Source: Squalus acanthias
Lineage: Eukaryota
Assembly: GCA_030390025.1 (NCBI GenBank)
Contig: CM059437.1
Coordinates: 66,588,001 to 66,652,000 of the forward strand
Direction of reading: 5' to 3'
Length of the DNA stretch: 64,000 bases
Part shown: one piece after another, positions 1-11,360 of the stretch
How the letters are laid out: each line of letters opens with the position of its first letter
Numbering within the stretch: the stretch's first letter is position 1
The notes under the pieces: generated by a model
What the model was told of the DNA's origin: nothing
The model's input: the letters and a program-made list of their open reading frames with translations, nothing else
Database searches by the model: none
Program-made: the position numbers and the translations under genes

Positions 1-394
1 ATCCCTTTTAATAAAAATTACAATTTTTAAGAAATTTAAAAGAAGTTTTTTTTTAAGTTTGTTCGTCTTTATTTCAGGTTTATCTTTTCCCCATGTGAGA
101 GCCCCAATCTTTGTTTTGCTCTCTCTAACATTTTTTTAAAGTTAGATTAAAAGGAGCTTATTCTCTTCCTGGTTGCCGGGCTGCGAGGATTCTGCATTGT
201 GACTGGCTGCTTAGACAGCTTGTTGACATCACAGCAGCTCGCGCTAGGGATTCCCCATTAACTAACACTGATTTCAACTGAATGTCGGAAAAGCCGATCT
301 TCTCAGCACAGTGATCGCGAGATTTTTGTGGGACAGTTACTTCAGGGCCAACGGTGGACGCTTTTGCTTCGCCGCTGACTGCAAATTGCGAGCC
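1..394. mobile_element. Right part of a PIF/Harbinger-type non-autonomous DNA transposon
   Basis: Ends gcaaattgcgagcc|att, the same terminal pattern and ATT flank as the TIR-bearing element at 13274-14026. Confidence 0.45.
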
Positions 395-1828
395 ATTTTT
401 AAAAAAAATTACAAGAAACTGAGCAAACCTATCTACACAACAACATTTCTTATGAATATTTCCACCTATGTGGGAAGCCTCACCATGTAGTTCATAGAGG
501 TAACCAGAGCAATCGCTCTCAGCTGAAGACCAAAGTTCCCAGCATGGATTTCTGCCTGCAACTCAGGGAATCTTTTTAAACAATCGACAGCAAGACTGGG
601 CAGTGACAGAATAAGCCAGGACTTGCTATTTGTGAGCCCCACCCCACTTGCACTCCTGTATATTGATAGAAAATTACTACTGATGAAACACCTCCCCCCC
701 GCCCCGCCCCCACCACCACAGGGAGACTATTGTTTGAAGCAGTTATGGTAATTTGAGTTGGGATTCTTTTTTATGTAAAACATCAAAAAACAATGTAAAG
801 CATAAACTCTTCAACCTTTCCTGAGATAACATTGAGACAACAAAGGTGTCTACTGTATACCAACTTATCTTCCACATGTATAGCCAGAGAGCCAAAAACA
901 GATATAGTTGAGGATAAAAGTAGAAGGACTCAAATATGAATGTCTCAGTGCAGTTCTTTAAGTTTTGTAATGTATTCTGAATGGTTGCACCACCTACATT
1001 TTTTTATTTATTTTATCTTCAAGCCAGAAATAGCTATCGTCCTTTTAAACAGTAGCAAGTTCTGGAGGCCCAGTGCACTATTCAAGTTTGGAGGGAAGTT
1101 CTGAATAAAAATCTGAAGTTAATTATGCATATTTCAATAAAACCTTTCGGTAACACGAATTACTACTGCTGAGATATTTGGTAAAGAAGGGAAGATACAA
1201 ATTAGTTTAATCTTTTCTTAAGTTTTAGAAATTTCTAGACTTTCATTATAATCTCACATCCTAAACAGGTGGGCAGTAAATGTAAAAAGTTGCTCTCTCG
1301 TATTCCATGCAGAGATTTATTTATTTATGTGACTGTGGTATTTATGTATATATTTATCTACTTTCACTGATTAATGGAAATACTTTATTGACCAGAAACC
1401 AATCCAAAAATCGCGTATTGCACCAGCTCTGAGGAGCTCTCTTACAAACTTTTTTAAAATTCTTTCAGTGGAAATGTGAACTTTCCATCACTTCCACTAT
1501 TTCTTGGCCCTCAGTGTAAAAATCTTCACACTAAACAGATGGATAGTAAAGATAAACAGTTGTTTTCCATGTTACGTAAAGCGGCATATATAACTGTGGC
1601 ATATGAGCAGAACAATTTGTTTAATCTTCTGCAGTGGGTAAAGGAAATGTGATTTATTTATTGATTTTCGAGAAGCCAATCGAAAAGAATATGGAGGGTT
1701 TCTTAAAAACTTCTTTCTAAGCTCTTTCAGCAGAGATGCAAACCCTTCACCCAAATGAATTTTCCAGAACCCCACTTACCATCTCTGACTCACTGCAAGA
1801 ATCACAACAGAAGGCCTGCCCGTTTAAA

Positions 1829-1956
1829 AAGCAACAAAGGCTTACACTTATATAACGCTCTTAACATAGCAAAAAATCACAAGGTGCTTCACAAAGGCGG
1901 CAAATCAGTCACCGAGCTGAAATTGGGGGAAGTTTTAGTCAAGCAACTGAAGGCAT
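1829..1956 (-). mobile_element. L2-clade LINE 3' tail, left piece (outermost layer of the nest)
   Basis: Resembles the L2 tails at 16400-16478, 23498 and 62161; continues at about 9576. Confidence 0.6.
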
Positions 1957-1965
1957 GTGTCAGCC

Positions 1966-2000
<35 letters not shown>

Positions 2001-2190
2001 AAACTTGTGGGTTCAAGTCGCAGTCCAGAGACTTGAGCACAGAAATCTAGGCTGACACTCCAGTGCCATACTGTGGGAGGTGCTGTCCTTTGGATGAGAT
2101 CTAAACCAAGGCCCTGTCTGCCTGCTCAGGTGAATGTAAAACATCTCATGGCAATTTTTTGAAGAACAGCAGGGGATTTATCCCCAGTGT
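1957..2190 (+). mobile_element. SacSINE1-like DeuSINE, 5' half
   Basis: A box tggctcagtggg, B box ggttcaagtc, Deu-like gatgagatctaaaccaagg; colinear with the full copy at 57786-58258. Confidence 0.85.
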
Positions 2191-3747
2191 CATAAGAACA
2201 TTAGAAATAGGAGCAGGAGTAGGCCATTCGGCCCTTCGAGCCTACTCCACCATTCAATGAGATCATGGCTGATCTTCTGCCTCAACTCCATTCACCGGCC
2301 CTATCGCCATATCCCTTGATGCCCTTACTAGTCAGAAATCTATCGACTTCTGTTTTGAATATACCCAATGACTGAGCCTCCACAGCCCTCTGGGGCAGAG
2401 AATTCCAAAGAATCACCACCCTCTGTGTGAAGAAATTTCTTCTCATCTCAGTTCTGAATGGCCTACCCTTTATCCTGAGGCTGTGGCCCCTGGTTCTAGA
2501 CTCCCCAGCCAAGGGAAACATTCTCCCAGCATCCACCCTATCAAGCCCTGTAATAATTTTGTATGCTTCAATGAGATCCCCTCTCATTCTTCTGAATTCA
2601 AGAGAATACAGGCCTAGTTTACTTAATCTCTTCTCATACGACAGTCCCGCCATCCCAGGAATCAATCTCGTGAACCTTTGTTGCACTCCCTCTATGGCAA
2701 GTATATCCTTCCTTAGGTAAGGAGACCAAAATTGTACACAGTACTCCAGGTGTGGTCTCACCAAGGCCCTATATAATTGGAGTAAGACTTCTTTACTCAT
2801 GTACTCAAATCCTATTGTGATGAAGACCAGCATACCATTTGCCTTCCAAATGGCTTGCTGCACCTGCACATTCACTTTCAGTAACTCATGTACAAGGACA
2901 CCCAGTACCCTTTGAGCATCTGCATTCCCCAATCTTTCATCATTTAGGAAATACTCTGCCTTTCTGTTTTTTCTACCAAAGTGGATAACTTCACATTTAT
3001 CCACATTATATTCCATTTGCCATGTTCTCGCCCACTCACTGAGCCTGTCGAGATCCCCTTGAAGCCTCTTCACATCCTCTTCACAACTGACACTGCCACC
3101 TAGCTTTTTATCATCAGCAAATTTGGAAATATTACATTTAGTCCCCTCATCCAAATCATTGATATAGATTGTGAATAGCTGGGGCCCATGCGCCGATCCT
3201 TGCGGTACCCCACTAGTCACAGCCTGCCATCCTGAAAAAGACCTGTTTCTCCCTACTCTTTGTTTTCTGTCTGTTAACCAATTCTCAATCCATGCTAGTA
3301 TCTTACCCCCAATTCCATGTGCCCTAATTTTGTTCACCAACCTCTTGTGTGGGACCTTATCGAAGGCCTTCTAAAAATCCAAATACACCACATCTACCGT
3401 TCCCCTTTGTCTACTCCACTAGTTACATCCTCAAAGAACTCCAATAGGGTTTGTTAAACAGGATTTCCCTTTCATAAATCCATGTTGACTTTGCCCAATC
3501 TTACTATTAGTTTCTAAGTGTCCAGTTATTGCATCCTTTATAATAGATTCCAGCATTTTCCCAAATACTGATGTGAGGCTAACAGGTCTGTAGTTCCCTG
3601 TTTTCTCTCTCCATCCTTTGTTAAATAGCAGGGTTACTTTGCTATCCTCCAATCTGCAGGAACCGTTCCAGAATCTATAGAATTTTGGAAGATGACAACC
3701 AATGCATCCACTATCCCAATGGCCACCTCTTTCAAAACCCTAGGATG
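2191..3747 (-). mobile_element. 5'-truncated CR1-clade LINE, 3' part (RT C-terminus and tail)
   Basis: ORF 2282-3340 has GVPQGS, FADD, RPHLEYCVQFWSP; CR1 tail ...ctcctatttctaatgttcttatg on the minus strand; disrupted frames upstream. Confidence 0.92.
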
Positions 3748-3918
3748 CGAGCCAGCACTGAGTGCAAGTCAGCAGAGAGTGCTGAGTTTGGGTAAGTGTG
3801 AGTAGTTCTTTAATTGTTAGTTCTCTTTAAATCATTCTTGATAAGAGTACTTAAGCAGTTTAAGTGAAGGGGAAAAGTTAACTATTTGGGATTCTGTTGG
3901 TTTAAGAAGAGTAAAACA

Positions 3919-4501
3919 CGCGGGAGTCTTCCCTTGTTCTATTGGGGACTTGGCCTGGAGGGTGTTGCACGGAGCAGTCCCGTGCAATAGGTTGATAAGT
4001 AGGTTTACGGACTCCCAGGCCGCTTGCCATTTCTGCGGCCTAGAGGAGTCCGTTTTTCACGTATATATAGAGTGTGAGAGGTTGCAGCCCCTCTTTCATT
4101 ACCTGAAGGGGCTGCTCCTCAATTTCTGGTTGCACTTCAGCCCCACGCTCCTGATCTACGGTCACCCAGTGCGGAGGGGAGCGGGCAGGTCGGAGGACCC
4201 CCTCGTGGGACTGCTCCTGGGCCTGGCTAAGAAAGCCATTAATTGGTCCAGGCAGCGGGCGGTCGAGGGGGTCGTTCGGCCCGATTGCCTGCCTCTCTTC
4301 CGCGGCCATGTTCGCGCCCGGGTGGCCCTGGAGATGGAGCACGCGGTGTCCGCCGGCACGCTTGAGTTTTTCCGCGACCGGTGGGCGCCGCGGGGGCTGG
4401 AGTGCATCGTCACCCCGGACTACCAAATTTTAATTTGATTTGTTAAGTTTCCTTTAAAGTTTTATTCAGTTACAGATAATTGATTGGTTTGATCAAAATA
4501 G
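3919..4501 (+). mobile_element. 5'-truncated Tx1/L1-clade LINE 3' end with 16-bp TSD
   Basis: Open frame DLAWRVLHG...CHFCGLEESVFHVYIEC (CCHC zinc motif typical of L1/Tx1 ORF2 C-termini); flanked by taagaagagtaaaaca at 3903-3918 and 4502-4517. Confidence 0.88.
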
Positions 4502-4896
4502 TAAGAAGAGTAAAACAAGGTTACACTGCAGTAGGAGTAAATTGGCACAGCAGGCAGTGGAAACCAGTTTTCTAATCAATCAGCAGGGTTGACTCATTTG
4601 GCTGTAAACAAACAAACAGTATAAAAAGACCAGGACTAGTGTGAGCCAGCAGAGAGTGCTGAGTTTGGGTAAGTGTGAGTTCGGGTGAGTGGAGGGTGCT
4701 CTTTTCAAACTTTAACTCTGGGTTGTAGTTAATAAGGCCTTTCTGGTGCAGAGTGACTGTTGGTAAACCATTTAACTGGTGTAATTTAGAGGGATTGATT
4801 TAATTTAAATCCAATTAATTAGAGGGGATACTAGCAGCTATAATCGGGCAGAGAGTGTCCATAACTAACAATAAAAAATTTAATTAATTACATAGA

Positions 4897-5850
4897 ATGG
4901 AGCAGGTGATGTGTTGCTGTTGCGAGATGTGGGAGCCGGTGGACCCCATTGAGGCTCACGGTGATTACATCTGTGACAAGTGTCTGCTGTTACAGGAACC
5001 CCAGCTCCGTGTTGATGAGCTGGAGTCTGAGCTTCAGACACTGTGACACATCAGGGAGGGGGAGAAGTACCTGGACTTTGTGTTTCAGGAGGTGGTCACA
5101 CCGATGAAGTTAATTAATTCAGATGTAGCCCATGGTCAGGGACAGGACGGTGTGACTACGAGTGAGGCAGGTACGGGGATCCAGGAGGTAGTGTTGGAGG
5201 AGCCGCAGCCCTTGCTCTTGTCCAACAGGTTCGAGGTTCTTACTCCCTGTGGGGACGGGAGCAGGGACTGCAGGGAGGATGAGCAACCTGGCCACAGCAC
5301 CGTGGAACGGGTGGCCATTCAAGAGGGGGGAGTAAATAGAAATGTTGAAGTGGTAGGGGATAGTATTATTAGGGGGATAGATAGAGTTCTCTGCAGCTGA
5401 GAGCAAGAGTCCCGTAGGCTGTGTTGCCTGCCCGGTGCCAGGGTTAAGGACATCTCCTCTGGGCTGGAAAGAAACTTGCAGTGGGAGGGGGTGGATCCAG
5501 TTGTCGTGGTCCATGTTGGTACAAACGACGTAGATAGGACAAGGAAGCCGGTTCTGTTAAAGGAGTATGAGCAGCTAGGGGTCAAACTAAAAAACAGAAC
5601 CTCAAGGGTAATAATCTCTGGATTATTACCTGAGCCACGAGTGAATTTGGCTAGGACAAATAAAATTAGAGAGTTAAATGAGTGGCTCAAAGACTGGTGT
5701 GGGAGAAATGGGTTTTGCTTCCTGGGACACTGGCACCAGTACTGGGGCAGGAGGGAGCTGTACCGTTGGGACGGGCTTCACTTGGCCAGTGCTGGGACTA
5801 GAGTCCTGGTGGATCATATAACTAGGGCTGTAGAGAGTGCTTTAAACTAA
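4897..5850 (+). pseudogene. CR1 ORF1 (Cys finger, leucine zipper, SGNH esterase), two premature stops
   Basis: One frame from ATG 4897: MEQVMCCCCEMW..CDKC..LRVDELESELQTL*, then GDSIIR, VHVGTND, DGLH. TGA at 5044 and 5398, both consistent with CGA>TGA CpG decay. Confidence 0.9.
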
Positions 5851-5853
5851 CTA

Positions 5854-8841
5854 GTGGGGGGGGAGGTTCCTAGAGAGCAAATAATAAAAATGACAACAGA
5901 GAGGGTCATAGACTTAGGTAGCAGTGGGGAAATTAAAAACCAGAGTGTGTCAGGAAGGGGCAGAAGGTATGGAGTAAAAGGTAAAGTAATAGAAAGGGCA
6001 AAAGCAGGAACTAAGTGTCACAAAACATATTTGAAAGTTCTCTATCTGAATGCACGTAGCATTCGTAACAAAATAGACGAGTTAATGGCACAAATAATTA
6101 CATATGGGTATGATCTTGTGGCCATTACAAAAACATGGCTGCAGGGTGACAATGCCTGGGAATTAAACATACCAGATTATTTAACGATCAGGAAGGACAG
6201 GCAGGAAGGAAGGGGAGGTGGGGTGGCTATGTTAATAAAGGAAGGAATCACTGTAATACAGAGAAATGATATTGGGTCAAAAGATCAGGATAATGAAACA
6301 GTTTGGGTGGAGATAAGGAATAATAAGGGGAAAAAAACACTAGTGGGTGTAGTCTATAGGCCTCTGAATAGTTGCAACTCTGTTGGACGGAGTATCAATC
6401 AGGAAATAGTTGAGGCTTGTAATAAGGGAACATCTATAATTATGGGGGATTTTAACTATCATGTTAATTGGACAAATCAAATTGGGCAGGGCTGCCTTGA
6501 GGATGAGTTCATTGAGTGTATTAGGGATGGGTTTCTTGAGCAGTATGTAACTGAACCGACCAGGGGGCAAGCAACCTTAGATCTGGTCCTGTGAAACGAG
6601 ACAGGATTAATTAAAAATGTCCTAGTAAAGGATCCCCTTGGAATGAGTGACCATAACATGGTTGAATTCCATATTTAATTAGAGGGTGAGAAGGTTGGAT
6701 CTCAAACAAGCGTGCTAAGCTTGAATAAAGGAGACTATGAAGGTATGCGAGCGGAATTTAGTAGAGTGGATTGGGAAAATAGATTAAAGGGTACGACGAT
6801 ACATGATCAGTGGTGTACATTTAAGGAGCTATTTTACAACTTCCAAAAAATATATATTCCACTGAGAAGAAAAGGGTGTAAAAGAAAAGACAGTCATCCG
6901 TGGCTAAGTGAAGAAATTAAGGATAGTATTCGACTAAAAACAAGGGGTTATAAGGTAGCCAAATCTAGTGGGAGGATAGAGGATTGGGAAAACTTTAAAA
7001 GACAGCAAAAAATAACAAAAAGATTGATTAAGAAAGGGAAGATAGATTATGAAAGTAAATTAGCAAAAAATATAAAAACAGATAGTAAGACTTTTTATAG
7101 TTATATAAAAAGAAAAAGGGTGGCTAAAGTAAATGTTGGTCCCTTAGAGGATGAGACCGGGAAATTAATGGTGGGAAATATGGAGATGGCAAATACACTG
7201 AATGAATATTTTGTATCAGTCTTTACAGTAGAGGACACTAAGAATATCCCAACACTGGACAAACAGGGGGCTATAGGGGGGGAGGAGCTAAACACAATCA
7301 AAATCACTAAGGAAGTGGTACTCAGTAAAATAATGGGACTCAAGGCGGATAAATCACCTGCACCTGATGGCTTACATCCTAGGGTCTTGAGGGAAGTGGC
7401 GGTAGGGATTGTGGATGCATTGGTAATAATTTTCCAAAACTCCCTGGACTCAGCAAAGATCCCGGCAGGCTGGAAAACTGCTAATGTAACACCCTTATTT
7501 AAAAAGGGCAGTAGACAGAAGGCTGGAAACTATAGACCGGTTAGCCTAACATCTGTGGTAGGTAAAATTTTGGAGTCCATTATTAAGGAGACAGTAACGG
7601 GACATTTGGATAATCATATTTTAATAGGACAAAGTCAGCATGGTTTTATGAAGGGGAAGTCATGTTTGACAAATTTGCTGGCGTTCTTTGAGGAAGTAAC
7701 ACATAGGGTGGATAAAGGGGAACCAGTGGATGTGGTGTATTTAGACTTCCAAAAGGCATTTGACAAGGTGCCACACAAAAGATTATTGCTTAAGATAAAA
7801 AATCACGGGATTGGGGGTAATATTCTGGCATGGATAGAGGATTGGCTATCTAACAAAAGGCAGAGAGTTGGGATAAATGGTTCATTCTCAGACTGGCAAT
7901 CAGCAACTAGTGGTGTTCCACAGGTGTCAGTGCTGGGTCCCCAACACTTTACAATCTATATTAACGATTTGGAGGAGGGGACCGAGTGTAACATATCAAA
8001 GTTTGCAGATGATACTAAGATGGGAGGGAAAGTAGTGAGTGAGGAGGACATAAAACATCTGCAAGGGGACATAGACAGGCTAAGTAAGTGGGCAGAGATT
8101 TGGCAGATGGAATACAATACTGGAAAGTGTGAGGTTATGCACTTTGGCAGGAAAAATAGTAGAGCAAGTTATTATCTAAATGGCAAGAAACTGGAAAGTA
8201 CTGAAGTACAAAGGGATCTGGGGGTCCTGGTGCACGAAACTCAAAAGGTTAGTATGCAGGTGCAGCAAGTGATTAAGAAGGCCAATGGAATGTTGGCTTT
8301 CATTGCTAAGGGGATAGAATATAAAAATAGGGAGGTATTGCTTCAGTTGTACAAGGTATTGGTGAGACCGCACCTGGAATACTGCATACAGTTTTGGTGT
8401 CCATACTTAAGAAAAGACATACTTGCTCTCGTGTCAGTACAAAGAAGGTTCACTCGGTTAATCCCAGGGATGAGGGGATGGACATATGAGGAGAGGTTGG
8501 GTAGATTGGGACTCTACTCATTGGAGTTCAGAAGAATGAGAGGCAATCTTATTGAAACATATAAGATTGTGAAGGGGTTGGATCGGGTGGATGCGGGGAG
8601 GATGTTCCCGATGATGGGTGAAACTAGAACTAGGGGGCATAGTCTTAGAATAAGGGGCTGCTCTTTCAAAACTGAGATGAGAAGGAACTACTTCACTCCG
8701 AGGGTGGTAGGTCCATGGAATATGCTGCCCCAAAAAGCTGTAGAAGCTACATCATTACATAAATTTAAAACAGAAATAGACAGTTTCCTAGAAGTAAAGG
8801 GAATTAAGGGTTACGGGGAGCGGGCAGGAATTTGGACATGA
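5854..8841 (+). pseudogene. CR1 ORF2 (APE endonuclease plus reverse transcriptase), two premature stops
   Basis: YLNARS, MGDFN, SDH (endonuclease); YRPVSLTS, LDFQKAFDKVPH, FADD (RT). Stops at 6592 (TGA) and 6676 (TAA) in the same frame; motif substitutions ITKTW and GVPQVS. Confidence 0.93.
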
Positions 8842-9068
8842 GTCTAGGTTCGGATCGGTCATGGCCCTGTGGGTAGCGGAGCGGGCCCAGGGGCCGTGTA
8901 GCCTGATCCTGCTCCTATTTCGTGTGTCCAATTATGTTAGGTTCAGGAGATGGTTCTGTGATAGTAGATTGGCGGTTAGGATCAGATCAGCCATGATGTT
9001 ATTGAATGGCGGAGCAGGCTCGAGGGGCCAATTGGCCTACTCCTGCTCCTATTTCTTATGTTCTTATG

Positions 9069-9346
9069 TAGGTCATCCGGTCCTTGGGATTTATCAACTT
9101 TTAGTTCCATTAATTTTGCTAGTACTGTTTTTTTACTAATAATAATTTCTTTAAGTTCCTCATTCTCGCTACACCCTCGGTTTTCTCGTATTTCTGGGAG
9201 GTTTTTTGTGTCTTCCTCCGTGAAGACAGAAACAAAGTATTTATTTAATTTCTCTGCCATTTCCTCATTCCCCATTATAAATTCTCCCACTTCTGACTGT
9301 AAAGGATCTACATTTACCTTCGCCAGTCTTTTCCTTTTCACATACC
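9069..9346 (-). mobile_element. Continuation (5' part) of the minus-strand CR1
   Basis: Minus ORF KRKRLAKVNV...LKVDKSQGPDDLH runs directly into the piece ending at 3747. Confidence 0.9.
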
Positions 9347-9575
9347 TGTCCTGTCCAATATTTCTCCCTCAAGCAACATCACTAAAAAAAACAGATTATC
9401 TGGTTATTATCACATTGCAGTTTGTGGGAGCTTGGTGTGTGCAATTTGGCTGCCATGTTTCCCACATTACAACAGTGACTACATTTCAAAAAGTACTTCA
9501 TTGGCTGCAAAGTGCTTTGGGGTGTCCTGAGGTCAGGGAAGGTGCTATATAAATCAAAGTCTTTCTTTTTTTCTT
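9347..9575 (+). mobile_element. SacSINE1-like DeuSINE, 3' half
   Basis: Resumes where 2190 stops (tgtc|ctgtccaata) relative to the intact copy; ends gctatataaatcaaagtctttcttt. Confidence 0.85.
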
Positions 9576-9900
9576 TCAACAAATTAGGATCTGAGGAGAA
9601 CTGTGAAGATTGGAGCGATGTAGCTAGGGGAACAGGTTCAGTAAGAGAATTTGAAAGGGCAGAGCCATGATGGCTGAAGGCTCTGCCACCAATGGTGGAG
9701 CAGAGGAAGAAGAGAGTGCACAGAAAGTAGTCCATACTCAGAAGAGGGGAAGGGGGGATCTGGGGCATAGAGCTGGAAGATGATGCAGACATAAGCTGGA
9801 TCAAGGCTTAGAGTGATTTGTTAATGAGGATGATGGGGAGCCAGTGGAGGTGAGGAAGGACTGAGGTGATAGATGAGCTGGGCCTGGTATGGGACAGGAG
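9576..9900 (-). mobile_element. L2-clade LINE fragment, continuation of 1829-1956
   Basis: Minus strand shows LHWLP-like (ggggagccagtggag) and STIGGRAF motifs also seen in the L2 at 16092. Confidence 0.7.
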
Positions 9901-10600
9901 GTTGGCAGAACTAACTTGTACTTAAAACCATGATTTTTGGAGATCTAAAAATTAGTTTAATTCCAACTGCCATCTGTCTCTTTATAGATAATCCTATGGG
10001 TGGGAAGAATGACGGACCAAATGATGAATCTAATAAATGTGGGCATGAAGTACAATAACATATATCTCCAATAGACTAACAGACATTTGTGCATCAGTTC
10101 CTACTCTTTTCCAACTCTAAACATTTTGATTTAATCATAAGGTCTGTCCTGATTGATTAGAACAGATGTGAACATGAGACACTTGTTGCAAATTAATGAG
10201 ATCTGTAACTGAATTTACTCGCTCAACAAGGGGAACAAATGGTCTGCTTTATTGGCTGCATATTCCAGTATTTAGGGTCTAAGATGTTTTTTACTGTCGT
10301 GGTTGGCAAGAGATATATGCACATTTTAAAATAACTAGCTTTTGGAGGAAGGGAGAGAATGCACATTTAATTGACACCTTTAAAAAGCACAGAACTCCCT
10401 TGATACAAGTGAGACCACTTTTATAAATGAATATCTAACATTTGTTAAGGGTGTAATCTTTCAACTCTCTGATTGTCTAAAACTGCCTTGCTTGATATCT
10501 GGAATTTTGTAGCATAGCAGAGAGTCCTGAAACAGTACAGTCAAAGCAGAGGACTGAAGCAACAAATATTATAAAATAATACAAGTCTGACTTCAAAAGA

Positions 10601-10685
10601 AAGTAAAATTGGGCAGGGTGTAAAACGGGCGGTTGATCTGATCCCGGCTGTTTCCAACTGGGAGGATTAGGTTAAAATTATCCCC
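10601..10685. mobile_element. Short MITE remnant
   Basis: Ends aggttaaaattatcccc, resembling other Harbinger-type termini in the window. Confidence 0.35.
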
Positions 10686-11185
10686 AAATAGTAGTGAGAT
10701 GACCTTTCAATATTACAGAATACTGAACAATGATTATACATAGCATTGGATAAATGTCAATAGCGTTGTTCAACTGTTCATAACAATTCCAAGGATTGAA
10801 ATATTCATGCATACATTTATCATCTTGTACAAAACAAGGGACTTCATAGAAAGTAACAATGGGGGCGATTTTGAGTTCAGGCGGACTGCATTGAAAAGAC
10901 CATTGGTAAAACTCCACTCAGTTTTAACTTCTCTTGATTTTAAACCAAAAATACACATGTAGGTCATAAGACGTGTGTTTTTGTGGAACCCTTATTTCAG
11001 TTAAACTGATCTGCATATGTGAATGAAGGCATAACAAGATCTGCTCTTATGCTTAGACCTAATAATCCGTATCAGTTTGATTCAAATCAAGCACCTCATC
11101 AAATGCATTGTAGAAAATACAAAGTTCAACTAAATTCATTCATATATATAAATTAATGTCAAACTCCACTTGAAGGATAACTCAA

Positions 11186-11360
11186 GTTATTAATTTTAGT
11201 AGGAAGAATGAAGAGAGGCAATATAAACAATATAAACTAAATGGTACAATTTTAAAGGGAGTGCAGGAACAGAGAGACCCGGGCGTATACATACACAAGT
11301 CTTTGAAGGTGGAAGGACAAGTTGAGAAGGCTGTTAAAATGGCATACGGGATCCTTGGGT
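11186..11360 (+). mobile_element. Internal CR1 RT fragment
   Basis: Translates QEQRDPGVYIHKSLKV...VKMAYGILG, similar to the QRDLGV..KKANGMLA segment of the CR1 ORF2. Confidence 0.75.

Larger units (their letters stand above)
3748..9068 (+). mobile_element. Near full-length CR1-clade LINE (5' UTR, ORF1, ORF2, double 3' tail), inactive
   Basis: Interrupts the minus CR1 (ccctaggatg | taggtcatcc); ends in ttcttatgttcttatg; both ORFs colinear with in-frame stops only. Confidence 0.95.

Noticed and set aside
6712-8841. Active or host reverse-transcriptase gene (709-aa ORF)
   Set aside because: It is the distal part of a CR1 ORF2 with two upstream stops and motif substitutions.
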